Shown here in pieces: positions 1 through 12,646 of a DNA stretch of 64,000 bases. The notes under the pieces were generated by a model, which saw only the letters and a program-made list of their open reading frames with translations, did no database searches and had not been told where the DNA came from. The DNA comes from the human T2T-CHM13v2.0 reference genome, Homo sapiens. The position numbers and the translations under genes are program-made. Where the stretch lies: NCBI RefSeq assembly GCF_009914755.1, contig NC_060948.1; one strand, written 5' to 3'. Each line of letters starts with the position of its first letter. The stretch's first letter is position 1.

Positions 1-3000
1 AGACTCATACTTGGGACCCCAGAGGCAGTTGCAGTGTCAAAATATGGCCAGGCTCTTGACCTCACTGCCTCCCTTCATCCTGGGCCTCACATGGGCTCTC
101 TGGGAAAGGCAGGAACCAGGACAAAGGCAAGTCCAAGATGGATCAGTGTTCTCACACCTCTGACTGGCCTCTCACAGGTGCAGATGAGGTTGAGACAGTG
201 TCTCAGAGGCCATCTGTGGTGATGGGGATGTCCAGTAGTGCTGCTGAGGGGCACTGAGGATTTCCTATGAGAGCAGAGAGAAATCAAGGCTTGCCTGAGA
301 GAACGAGCTGCCTTGTTCTGGAATCCAAGCAATGTTCAATGATTCCTGTGAGAAGACCCAACAGCCTCCTGCTAAGTGCAAACAACCTCAGCAACCACAA
401 TAAGAGAACGATCCACAACCTGGAGTGCAGCCAGCCTACCTGAAGTACCTCTTACTCTCTGCAATCCCTGTCAGCTGAATAATCTGTGATGAGAGGCAGT
501 CCCAACCAGTCCCAAAGAAAGAACCCCTCCACAATGAGAAGGCCATGTAGATGAAATAAAACAGGGGCTAGATTACCAGGCAAAAGCCAGTCATGGCTGC
601 CTGCCTCTCATCCTACAGGAATAATGCAGCCATGTGACAGAAGTGAGAAAACAAGAGTTTCCTTGTTTGTGGCTGTAGCGAGAATTTGTGGTTTTAAAAG
701 TGTCAAAGCAGCCCAGTCATTAAAACATGAAAGTGTTAAGAAGAAAGCAGTCACACAATGGATTCCCATCAGTCACGTTGTCCATGAAGTTGGAAACATT
801 TAGTGTGGAAGTCATTGAGCCAGACCCAGGAAACCCTAGGCCAATGAGGAACATGGAAGTAAAGAAAAGAAGAGGCAAGTCTGGAGGCCATATCCCACCC
901 AGCATCGATACATTCCACTCCCATTTGGCTCTGGGTGTGAAAGCCCTCAAATGGGAAATTTGACAGGGTGGCCTCAATTTGCACTCCAAATGTGGCTTGC
1001 ACGTTGGAGTACCCCCACCTGAACACCAAGCCAAGATGTGGACTGCTTGTGTAATTAAGGGAATGCAGGGTTGGAGTTGGAAGCACTTTCTGTGTCATCT
1101 GTCTTCATTTTTTTTTTTTTGCAGGTGAAGTTGCAGGACCCAATCTTCCCCTCAGCGGTCGTATCCTCACCCCTGTCTAACATTATTGCTACTTATACTC
1201 TATTTCCCAGGGTGAAATCCCAAGATGATTGAGGAGTGCCCCCTCACAACTTGAAGCAACTGCTCAACTGGGAACTGAATGCTAGGTAAATTCAAGGGGC
1301 TCTACAGGCAGGACTGCTAATGTCTCTCCCTGGGTTGGCCGCTGGACAGTGAAACACTGGGAAATGTCTGTTTGTGTGTGTGGGCGGGGGGGTATGCTCT
1401 TCTTTCTAGAGGAGTGGCTTTTTTTGTTTCAGGTGGAGGTGATTTAGTGCATCTTGGCACTCCTCCTAATTCACTGTGGATTCAAGATCCACAGAAAAAC
1501 AAAGAACACTGAGCACTTCAGCCCTAGCAGAGCCACACACAGGCCACCAAAAAGTTTGGAGACTCAAAAAAAAGAAACACTGAAGTGCATTATCCACATT
1601 ACTTTAAGCTGATTCCACTTACAGGCACACACACATGCACACACAAACACACAATGACACACACACATGCAGGCATCTAACACTCACAAAACTCCCACAG
1701 AAACACACAGCCCAGCAGCTCCTGAGGCTGCATGGTTCCACAGGAAGCCACATCCGGGAGAGAGCAACCCCAAGGAACACAGGTGGGCTGTACCTACATA
1801 ACACAGCGGGAGAAGGTTCAAAAAGACTCACCCCTACATCGTCTAGCAGACCTGAGCAATCCTGCAGAGATTTTTGGATCCTCACAGATTTCACAGTTTA
1901 TTTCTGGGGCTGTGCTTGATGTTTCTTCAGGCTGGCTCACTTCTGTCCCCTCCTAGCATCATGGGAATATCCCTTGCATCCCACAGAGAAGATAGGTGAG
2001 AGTCCACCACCTATGCAACCTCATGGAGGTCTCCTTCTCTGTTAAGCTGCAGGGACATGTCACTATGCAATGGTGACATTCATTGTGGCACTAGCCAGAG
2101 CTCACAATCAGGCCTGGTGACCTGAGACTAGCATATGCACATTCCTGAGGCAGGCAAGCAGAGGAAAATGGTGTAGGCCAAGCTGGCATGATGTCAGGAA
2201 AAAGGCTCCCTGTAAAAACCCATTGTAGGACCCTAGAAATCTCCACCTCAGGGCCCCTTCAGGTTGTATACATGGACGGGTCCCACTGAAGGAGGAGGCA
2301 TTCTGAGACTGTGAGGTAGTCACTGGAAACTGCTTTTCTGACTCCATGCCCAAAAGAGGCTGTGTGCAAGAATCGAATCCCATGGGGATTGGGACATAGT
2401 CTTGTGTGTCGTTAAGTGTTCTTTAGGTGCTAGAATCATACCTGAGATCCCAGAGGTGGGTGTCAGCGAAAGATGGCCAGGCTCATGACCTCACTTTCTC
2501 CCTTCATCCTGGGACTCGCAGGGCTATCCAGGAAAGGCAGGAACCATGACAAAGGAAAGTCCACGGTGAAGCAGTGTTCTCACACCTTGGATTGGCCTCT
2601 CACAGGTTCAGTTGAGGTTCAGACAGTGTCTCAGAGGCCGTCTGTGGTGATGGGGATGTCCAGTAGTGCTGTTGAGGGGCACAGTGGATTCCCCATGAAA
2701 GCAAAGAAAAATCAAAGCTCATCTGAGAGAACAAGACACCTTGTATTTGAGTCCAAGCAATGTACAAAAATTCCTGTCAGAGGACCCTAGAGCCTCCTGC
2801 AAAGTGCAAACAACCTCAACCCCCATAACAAGAGAACGACTCCCAACCTGGAGCACAGCCAGCTTACCTGAAGTCTCTTTTGCTGTCTGAAATCCATGGC
2901 AGCTACATAATGTGTAGCAATAAACAGTCCCGTCCTGCAACATCCCAATGAAAGAGCCCCTTCACAATGAGAAACCTGTGCTGATGAAATGAAAGAGAGA

Positions 3001-5250
3001 CTAGATTACCAGGAGAAAGCCAAACACAGCTGCCTGCATCTCTTAATAAAGTAATCATCCAGCCCTCCGAAAAATGTGGGAGAACAAGACTTTCCTTGTT
3101 GGCAGCTGAAATGGGACTTTACAGTATTAAAAGTATCAAAGCTGCCCAGTCATTAAAATGTGACAGTGTTTAGAAGGAAACACTTTTGCAATGGATTCCT
3201 ATGAGGGTCATTCTCTGTGAACTGGGAAAAGTTTAGTGGGCAAGTCCTTGAACCAGACACAGGAAACCCTAGGCTGACTGGGAACATGGAAGTCAGGAAA
3301 AGAAGAGGCAAGTGTGGAAGCCACATGACACCCAGCATCAATCCATTCCAATCTCATTTGGCTCTGGGTATGAAAGCCCTCAAATCGTAAGTCTGCCAGG
3401 TTGGCCCCAATTTGCACTCCAAATGTTTCTTGCACATTGGAGTACTCTCACATGAACACTGGGCCATGGTGTGGACTGCTTGTGCAGTTAAGGGAATGCA
3501 AGGATGGAGTTGGAAGTGCCTTCTTTGTTACCTGTCTTCATTTTTCTGCAGGTGAAGTTGTGGGACTCCATCTACCCCTCACAAGATTTTACCCTCACTC
3601 CTATCTGACTTTATTGCTGCTCAAACTCTATGTCCCAGAATGAAATCCCAAGACAATGGAAGAGTGCCCCTTCATGTGAAACACCTGCTCACCTGGGAAC
3701 TGAATTCCAGGTAATTTCAAAGGGCACTGTGGACAGGACTGTTAATGTCTTTCCCAGGGTTGGCCACAGGAAAATGAAACACTGGGAGATGCCTGTTTTT
3801 TTGGTGTGGTGTGCTCCTCCTCTTTCTAGGAGGGTGGCTTTTTTCTCAGGGGGAGATGATTTGGATGCCAGCGGGTGTCGGCCAGCTTCCCACTTCACTG
3901 TGGATTAATGATCCATAGAAAAATAAAGAACACAGAGCCCCACAGCCAAAGCAGAGCCACAACCACAGGCCAACAAAAGGTTGGGAGACTCAAAAAAAAG
4001 AAGCGCTGAAGTCTGTTAGCCACATTCCTTTAAGCCTACTCCACTTACAGGCACATTCCCCCCTGCCCTTCCCACACACACACACAATGCCACACACACA
4101 CACACTCAGACATGACCACTCCCAACACTCTTACAGAAACATACAGCCAGCAGCTCCTGAGGCTGCATAGTTCTGCAGGAAGACCTACCAGGGAGAGAGC
4201 AACCCCCATTAAAACAGGCATGCTGTACCTAGAAATCGCACTGTGGCTAGTTTCAAAAAGACTCCCCCCCTACAAAGTCTAGGCAGGCCTGAGGAATCCT
4301 GTAGATCCTTTTGGCTCCTTAGGAATTTCGTGGTTTATTCCTGGGGCTGTTCTTGACATTTCTTCAGGCTGGCTCATGTCTGCCCTCTCCTGCGATCATG
4401 GGACTATCCTGTGGATTCCACAGATAAGACACGCAAGAGTCCACCACCGATGCACCTCCACGGAGGTCTCCTTCTCTGTCAAGATGCAGAGACTTGTCAC
4501 TACGCAACGCTGACGTTCATTTTGACGCTAGCCAGAACTCACCATCAGGCCTCCTGCCCTGAGACTAGCGCATGTGCATTCATTAGGCAGGTCCAGGGAG
4601 CCCGACTGTCAGAGCTGTAAGAGCTGAAGAAGAAGATGGTTCAGGCAGAGGCAGCCTGTTACAGGGGAAAAGGCTGACTGCGAAAACCCATTGCGGGACC
4701 CTAAAAGTCTCGAACTCAGGCCCATTTGGGTCGTCTACATGGTCTGGACCTGCTGCGGGAGGAGGCATTTCAAGACTGTGAGGTGGTCGCTGGAAACTAC
4801 TTTTCTGACTCCATTCTGGAAAGAGGCTATGTACAAGAATCCGGCCCCACTGGGATTGGAATATACTCTGGTGTGTTGTTGCAGAGGTGATAGAATCATA
4901 CCTTAGGTGATAGAATCATACCTGAGACCCCAGAGGCGGGTGTCCGCGAACGACGGCCGGCTCTTGCCCTCACTGCCTCCCTTCGTCATGGGACTCGCAG
5001 GGACTCTCTAGGAAAGACAACAACGACGGCAAAGGCAAGTCCAATGTGGAGCCGTGTTCTCTCACTTTGGACTCGCCTCCCACTGGTGCAGATGAGGTTG
5101 AGACAGTGTCTTAGAGGCCGTCAATGGCGATGGCAAGCCTGGAAAGGGTGTCCAGTAGTGCTGCTGAGGGGCCCTGTGGATTCCCCAATGAAAGCAAAGA
5201 AAAATCAAAGCTCGCCTGAGAGAACTAGTTGCCTTTTCCTAAAGTCCAAG
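1..5250. repeat. Tandem macrosatellite with ~2.43-2.48 kb unit (Y NORF/TTTY-array type, SST1/NBL2-related); two full units plus a partial third
   Basis: The motif aga(c/a)tcatac(t/c)tg(g/a)gaccccagagg...ctcactgcctcccttc recurs at 1, 2432 and 4892/4912 and the units are colinear throughout (CA-rich patch at ~1625 and ~4075; T-run+gcaggtgaag at ~1120 and ~3545). Units are visibly diverged and carry no long ORF. Unit size matches the published 2.48 kb NORF unit; the family name is an inference. Confidence 0.85.
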
Positions 5251-5467
5251 CTCTGCCTCCCGGGTTCACGGCATTCTCCTGCCTCAGCTTCCCGAGTAGC
5301 TGGGACTACAGGTGCGTCCAACCACGCCCAGCTATTTTTTTGTATTTTTAGTAGAGACAGGGTTTCACCGTGTTAGCCAGGATGGTCTAGATCTCCTGAC
5401 CTCGTGATCCACCCACCTTGGCCTCCCAAAGTGCTGGGATTATAGGCATAAGGCACTGCACTCAGCC
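5247..5467 (-). mobile_element. AluY/Sc, lacking its 3' ~65 bp and poly(A) tail
   Basis: caagctctgcctcccgggttcacggcattctcctgcctcagc...gtgttagccaggatggtc...aaagtgctgggattataggc; starts abruptly inside the right arm at the array junction. Confidence 0.92.
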
Positions 5468-5487
5468 AAAATATTTTCTTTTAACAG

Positions 5488-5514
5488 GTTTTAGGATTTG
5501 ATAAAACCAAAAAG
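5488..5514 (+). pseudogene. OFD1P: OFD1 exon 5 remnant
   Basis: ttttaacag|gttttaggatttgataaaaccaaaaag|ataggagcc; resembles the 31-bp OFD1 exon (VSGSDKENQK) with a small deletion and GT>AT donor. Confidence 0.7.
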
Positions 5515-5649
5515 ATAGGAGCCTACATCTTTGTAAACTCTAACAAGATTCTTCTATGTATTTTCCTTATAAAAGAATGAAGCTAAGTTTTAAGGAGAAG
5601 GAAAATAAATTTAATTTGATTTAAATTACTTGAATTTTCTTGTTGACCA

Positions 5650-5915
5650 TACCTAATTTTTTAAACAACATTAGTAGCCACATTGAACACATTAAAAGAA
5701 ACAGGTGAAATTTTTAATAATATATGTAACCTGATACATCCAAAATATTGTTTTAACAGGTATTCAGTATAAAAATACTAATAAGATACTTTACATTTAT
5801 AGCTTGTACGAAGTCTTTAAAATCTTATCTGTTTTTTACATTTAAAGCACATCCCAGTTCAGACTGACACCGTTCAAGTGTCAATGGCTAGATGTGGTTT
5901 AAGCGTTCTGATTTT
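5650..5915 (+). mobile_element. MER33 (hAT-Charlie DNA transposon fossil)
   Basis: tagtagccacatt...aaaagaaacaggtgaaatt...tttaaagcacatcccagttcagactgacaccgttcaagtg matches the recalled MER33 consensus. Confidence 0.7.
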
Positions 5916-6705
5916 GACAACATTTGGAAAATACAGAAAAGTAGGTGTAAAACCATGTCTAAAGTCATGCCCGCCAGAGCCAAACACTATCAGTGCTTTA
6001 ATCTACTTCAGCCAGACTTTTTTCCTGTATGCACACTTTTTGGTGGGTGTTATACATGGTTGAGATTGTACTCTGGGTTCAGATTTGTGCTCTGCTATGT
6101 GGTTGATTCAGATCCACAGCTGGTTTGAGGGCCAGTGGACCAATGGAAGAAAGAGTCAGTAGAGCCCACTTTAGTCCCGGTTATGCTGTTATGTTGTCAC
6201 TTATTAACCTATATTGACATTTGTTCTTTATCTATAAAGCAGAGGGTTTGAAGTGTGTGCAGGTTGTGCTGTTATGTAGTCACTTATTAACCTATATTGG
6301 CATTGAATGTGAAGTCAGCTTTAACCAAAGTCCAGTGAAGACCTCCCTGCCTTAGCACTTAGAGAGTAGAAGACTCCAGTATTTTCTGGCTTAAACTCTA
6401 CTATTGGTTTTGTTTTTCCTCTAACATTTTATGATGAGCATTTTCAACATACAGAAAAGTTGAAACAACTCTAGCTAACCCTTATATACCACCTAGATTG
6501 CACTATTATATTTGTATTATACTTGATTCATCATTTTTATCTGTTCATTCATGCATCTGTGTTACTGTCTTTGGGTATTTCAAAGTAAATTGAAGACACC
6601 TATGCTTTCCCCTAAGTATAATCTTTACTTTTAAACCAGATGTCTGCCCTCTTACACACCTGACCATGCTTCTGTGTCTTAATTTGACCTGTTACTTTTC
6701 AATAG

Positions 6706-6842
6706 CTGAGAAGGTTGAGCTTATAGATGATCAGTTTGCAGAGGCTTACCTTCAGCATATCAAGTTTGAGTCATTAGAAATAAAGCCAAATGAATATAAA
6801 AGAGAAATAGAGGAGCAAATTTGAGCAGAAACATGTCAAAAG
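6706..6842 (+). pseudogene. OFD1P: OFD1 exon 7 homologue (137 bp)
   Basis: AG/GT intact; [45 protein letters not shown] with a premature TGA. Confidence 0.95.
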
Positions 6843-7166
6843 GTAAATTTTATCTTGTTTCGCTTCACAAGTTTGTCTTCTAAAAACTTAATCTTAGGTC
6901 TATCAAAAATATCTAGAACTTTTAATAAAGAATGTGATAGTATTCTGTTGTGCATATGATTTTTTTCTCATGACATTTGTTTTATGCCTTTTGAGTGAGT
7001 CCTACAGGTACAGTGAATTAGAAAAAACTATAGATGAAGTAAATAGAACATATTTGGACAACATATTTAGACAGAGCATTAATGTTGGGCCTAGCTCTGG
7101 AGAAATAATCTGTTACTGTTTTTATAGTATAATAGTTGGAATTTTAATTTTTTGATCAACTTGCAG

Positions 7167-7341
7167 TTGAAGTTCTTTAAAGATGCCAAGATAAAAAAAA
7201 TTCAAATGGAAGTGAAAAGAAAGTGCGAGAAGGAATTAGTTGTCTTCCAGAATGATTTTTGATAATGCTTGTCAAGCAAAATCTGAAGCCCTCATTCTTT
7301 ATGAAAAGAGTATCCTTTAGATAAATGAAAAGCACCAAGAG
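7167..7341 (+). pseudogene. OFD1P: OFD1 exon 8 homologue (175 bp)
   Basis: AG/GT intact; [31 protein letters not shown], +1 frameshift in a T-run, then DNACQAKSEALILYEKSIL*INEKHQE. Confidence 0.95.
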
Positions 7342-8974
7342 GTGGTATTTATGAATATTTTACTGGGTGGCTAATTCCTGCAGCTATTAGTAGGTTGTCT
7401 CAAAATCCAGGAAGAAGATTGTACAAGTGATGGAACAAGGCCCCAGAAGTGCCATAGGGACTGGAGCCAAGAGTGCAAAAGAGTCAAATAGAAAGAAGGA
7501 TGGGCCTTGAAAACGATACACATATTTGGTTCCTCTGAGACTGGTGGAAAGGCAAGAATTGCAAAGGTGAACAGTCAACTTGGGATAACGAGAAACACAC
7601 CCTTAAAAAGCTCCATCTACTCAGACAATTTAGACGGATAGATCATGAGTTGTAGGAGCAGCTTGGAGGTGCAGACTAGTTCATGTGGGTAAGGGAAGAA
7701 TAGCTCCTTAAAGCAGAGAGGACTGATCACCTGTAGTGAGGGCCCAACAGTGGTTGGGCTAGCCTGAATTGAGAGGAACCAAACCACATACTTGTAGGTG
7801 AGTTTCCTGTTCTAGCTCTGTGGAGGAATTGTAAGTGTCTTTCTCTTCTGTCCCTTTCACTGAGGGTAGAAAGATGGAGATGCTTCAGAAATGGAGACTT
7901 GTAGAGCCTAATTTATTTTAATTGAGAAAGGCAGCCTATTCAATTGGGGATTCTGGGGCTCTCTTGGGTAGTGAAGGGAAGCAGAGGAGAGGGCAGGTGG
8001 CTGCTAACCTGGGAGAAAGGGAGGGTTGAGTGGCAGTCTCAGTGATCAAGGACCAGATCTGGAGATACTGGCAGATGGAAGAATAAGGATGGCCCAAGAG
8101 TACAGAATTACAGAATGAGCATTCAGGTGGAGACTGGAAGTCAAAGACAGTGTGCTGCCATTGGAGGCAGCCATGGAAATGAGCAAGAGTGAAGATTCCT
8201 GAAGTAAAAGAGTCACCAGAGCCACAAGAGTCATCCATGTGGCCATTTGATATCATCAGCAGGAATATAACTGGACAGGACATGAAGAGGATGAGAAGTG
8301 GCAGGGAGTCCCAAGATGGCAAGTGGGATTACATCTACTCCTTTAAGAAATCTTACTCCTTTTCCAAGGGTGTGTCTCAGACAAGACTGGATTTGCTGCA
8401 GTATTTCCAGCATACATACAGAACGGCTGCTTCCGGATGTTAACAGTAGGAAGGCATCCCCCTAGGGTCCACTCTTGCTTGGGGCTTCTCAATGAGACCT
8501 AGTTACATAATGTGAGGGGCACCCCTCTAAAATTTTGTATAGCACTTCTGTGAATTGGGCTTGCTTCAGCTATAAAAATGAGTGTTGGAAGCACCGATCT
8601 TCAAGATGATTGAATTGTTTTCAGACTGATAACTTCATCTTCAAAACAGTTGACTGACTAGATTCCTGTGTATTTAACTGCCAGCATCTGAAGGCTTTGA
8701 GGAAGACTGCCAGCCTCATAAAAAGCACCATGTCTGTATTTCCTCACCTGGAGTATCAACCCCCTTCTCTCCCTGAAAAAAGCATAGTGTCATTCAAGGC
8801 TAGTGAAAACACGACAGGTTTAAATGAATATACTCCTTCCTTGTTGGAAAGCAAGGTTTCAACCTTATTCAACTAGCTATTCTAGCTTCATAATATTTAC
8901 TCCCCCAAATCCTGTTAAACTACATTTCCATATATTCCTAACATGCCTTCTGGAATTTATACTACTTAGTTCTT

Positions 8975-9114
8975 TATATTATATAAATATATAATATATA
9001 TTATATGTATTATATGTATTATTATACATATATATTATATATAATATATTATATATTGTATTATATTATACATAATATATTATATATATTATATTATATG
9101 TTATATATGTATTT

Positions 9115-9184
<70 letters not shown>

Positions 9185-9545
9185 GTCCTGGACAACAGTG
9201 CAAGACCCTCTCTCCTGTCTCTCTGTGTGTTTGTGTGTGTGTGTGTATATACATATAATATGTACATATATATTATATATATAATGTGTATATATATAAT
9301 ATATATAAAATGTGTATATATATAATATATATAAAATGTGTATATATTATATATAATGTGTATATATAATATATATAATGTGTATATATAATATATATAA
9401 TGTGTATATATATTATATATGTGTATATATAATATACATAATGTGTATATATAATATATAGTGTGTATATATAATGTATATATAATGTGTATATATAATG
9501 TATATATAATGTGTATATATAATGTGTATATATATGTATATATAT
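8975..9545. repeat. Compound AT-rich microsatellite: (TA)-rich, (CA)n(TA)n, (TG)n and TATATAATGTG-type units
   Basis: Directly visible; includes a ~30-bp Alu 3'-end-like remnant at ~9183-9215. Confidence 0.95.
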
Positions 9546-9789
9546 GGAATTGATACTATGGTTGATTTGAAGTCTCACTATGGTCACTATAAAGACCATT
9601 GTGTTTTTAAGTACTTGGAATAGTTAAGAGTAAGTATGGTTAAGAATAAGTTATGGTTAATTTGAAGTCTCACTATGAAGACCATTCTATTCTTAAGTAT
9701 TTGGAAGGCCAGAAAGATACATCTATCTTTTGCTCTCACTTTGGGGCTCTTTCAATATTCAATCAACAGTTTTTGTTTTTCATGGTTTT

Positions 9790-9941
9790 TTGTCTTGTTT
9801 TGGTTTTGTTTTGGTATTGGGTTAAGAGACAGGGTCTTCCTATGTTGCCCAGGATGATCTCAAACTCTTGGGCTCAAGTAATCCCCCTGCCTCAGCCTTC
9901 TGAAAAGCTCTGATTATAGGTGCAGGCCACCACACTTGGCT
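9790..9941 (-). mobile_element. FLAM_C / Alu monomer
   Basis: gagacagggtcttcctatgttgcccaggatgatctcaaactcttgggctcaag...ccaccacacttggc. Confidence 0.8.
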
Positions 9942-10059
9942 AAAGCTGATACATTATTAAGTGACAAAAGCAAATATTGTAACATAAATATCTATGGACT
10001 AATTAATTGAACCCCACAGTTAGAAACAGCATTATAGAAGATTCAGGTATATAAGTATA

Positions 10060-10368
<309 letters not shown>

Positions 10369-10789
10369 ATAAGTGCACTTTTATTAGTTCATAACTAATA
10401 GTGTCATTCTTTCATCCCGGAATTCATTTTGGCCATTTATCATCTATAACTATTGTTTAAGTGTTAATTATCTACCATGAGAAACCACTTCCCTTTTGAG
10501 ACTCTCCCACTTCCCTTAGTCAGAGACTCTCCCACTCTTCTCGGTCAGATGCCACAGCCCCCTGGTTCTGCTGGTTTTAACACACTGTAACCAGGTCAGT
10601 TCATAAAATACGCTGAGGACTTCTGGCTCTTTTCTTCTATTTCCCAGCAGTAATAGTCATGTAGCAGTTTTAGTCTGTTAAACTAAAAGCATGTCACATG
10701 ATGTTTTTCCTAAATTTGTTAACTCAGTTATTATGGTTCATTTACTCTATTTATTTATTTGTTTATTTATTTATTTATTGCTAATTTCT

Positions 10790-10904
10790 GAACCAGAAGC
10801 TACAGAAAAACATAACAGCATGACTGAGGACTTGGAAGATGGGAGCAGAATACAAAGTCCCTTGAGGAGAGCTATGACAGAAAGCTCAGGAGCAAACTTC
10901 TAAA
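10790..10904 (+). pseudogene. OFD1P: OFD1 exon 10 homologue
   Basis: gaaccagaagctacag...gagagctatgacagaaagctcaggagcaaacttctaaa|gtaatt (NQKLQ...EESYDRKLRSKLL); acceptor AG lost, small deletions. Confidence 0.85.
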
Positions 10905-12572
10905 GTAATTGTTTGGCACTTTTAAAGAAGTAACATGTATAAACTAACTTGGTAGAAGTATAACAAAACCTGAGGAAATAGTCTGTGATTAATATCTTAT
11001 GCAAACTTTAGTGTTTGAAAAAATATATATGTTTATCAATAGCCAATACTTTCCTGCATTTGAGTTAAGGTAGTTTTTAAAAGATAAGCTATAGAGAAGC
11101 ACACCCTCTTTTCTTATTACTCTTGGAATCTCTAACATTTGTTGAGGGCTGTAATTTTCTTTAACTTTCAGGGCACCTTGTAACTTGCTCAGGTTGCATA
11201 GTTGATAAGTAGCAAAAGTTGAAATATAATCACTTTTAGTCACCTTTTCCTCTATCCCACTCATACTGCCACAAAGATGGGGATATCTAACAATATATAA
11301 ATTATACATAGTGGTCATAGTATTTGTCAGTGTCCATGTGCCTTGTATTCCTTTATGATTCTGCAAAGCCAGAATCAAAAGAAAAGAGCTAAAATTAACT
11401 GTGAGGAAAATGTGATATGGGGAAAGGAAAAAATAGACAACTTTTGCTACTTTGGCTTTTCTTTACTCTGAATTTTTGTATCAGTGAGTAATATCTCAGT
11501 GCTAAGACGCTAGTTCATGTGGTAATTTTCAGTGGGTGTGAAAGCCTCTGACACATAAAAAGTGCTCAGTTAATATTTGTCATGAATGTGTCATGAGGAA
11601 AGGACTCAACTCACGTGCTCTGGGCATTTATTTACGTGGTCTATTTTTATTGCCTTCCTCATAATTTACCATCAATATTCCATTACATAATACTTGCAAA
11701 CATTTATTGAGGTTATTCTTCAAACTAATTCTGTTTTTTATTGGACAGTTTTTTTTAATCAATTCTGAAATGATGTATTTTACCCACATTCTCTGTGTCA
11801 GTTTCTATACTAAAATAGCAAACATGGAACGTTCTTTACTGAAATTTTAGGAATAAATGAATTAAAGTATGTGTGTTAATTTTATACTCTTGTGCAGCTA
11901 GTGAACTATTTGGTATCATAGTTACAGCTTCTATGGTCTGCATGGGGTCTGTCTGGCTTTGGCGATTCTCATACGACTTTGGCAAGTGTTGGAGTTTGGA
12001 AACTGTTCACCACAGGAGTGTTTCTTTGTCCTTGTGGAACCAGAAGGGAAGCTTGTTACAGCTGGGAAAGAAAAGTGAAAATTTGAAAATGTGCATATGG
12101 GTATTGCTAATTCAGATATAATGCTCTTGGCACGTGTTTCCCAGGACGGTGCTTAGTCCCTGGGCACAAAAGTTGTTTCATTGGTTTGGGGTGGGCAGAT
12201 ACGACAAGTGGATTGGAAGTGACTGTCTAATTATCATTTGGGATTGAGTCTGTTATGTGATCTGTAAATTTAATTTTCTTCTGTGCTCTTTGGGTCAGCT
12301 GAGACCAACTGAAAAGTGATGCTTTCAGTAACCTCATAGCAACACGACCCTCCATTTTGTGTGAGTAAGCTTTATAGCATCAAGGCAAAGTTTTACCGGA
12401 CGTTTTATTTTCGGAAGTTAGATCCCTGGATTTAGTACTCAGGGACTTTGAAGTTTACAGTATGTCGTGTTCAATGCCCTCAGGTGCACCTCTGCCATAG
12501 ATTATCTACATTGATAATGGTCTTTCCAGAAAGATAACTGAGGAACTCATATTTAGTCGTTCTGATTCACAT

Positions 12573-12646
12573 GTATCAACTTGAACTAAAGGAGGACCAC
12601 ATCATTAGAACTAATGGACAGATCGAAGATGAAAGGAAGAATAAAG
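12573..12646 (+). pseudogene. OFD1P: OFD1 exon 11 homologue (74 bp)
   Basis: YQLELKEDHIIRTNGQIEDERKNK; acceptor AG>AT, donor GT. Confidence 0.92.

Noticed and set aside
34-5376. Many 60-110 aa ORFs in the macrosatellite
   Set aside because: Starts and stops are not conserved between units; no recognisable domains
9005-9599. Tyr/Ile-rich ORFs on both strands
   Set aside because: Translations of TA/CA microsatellites
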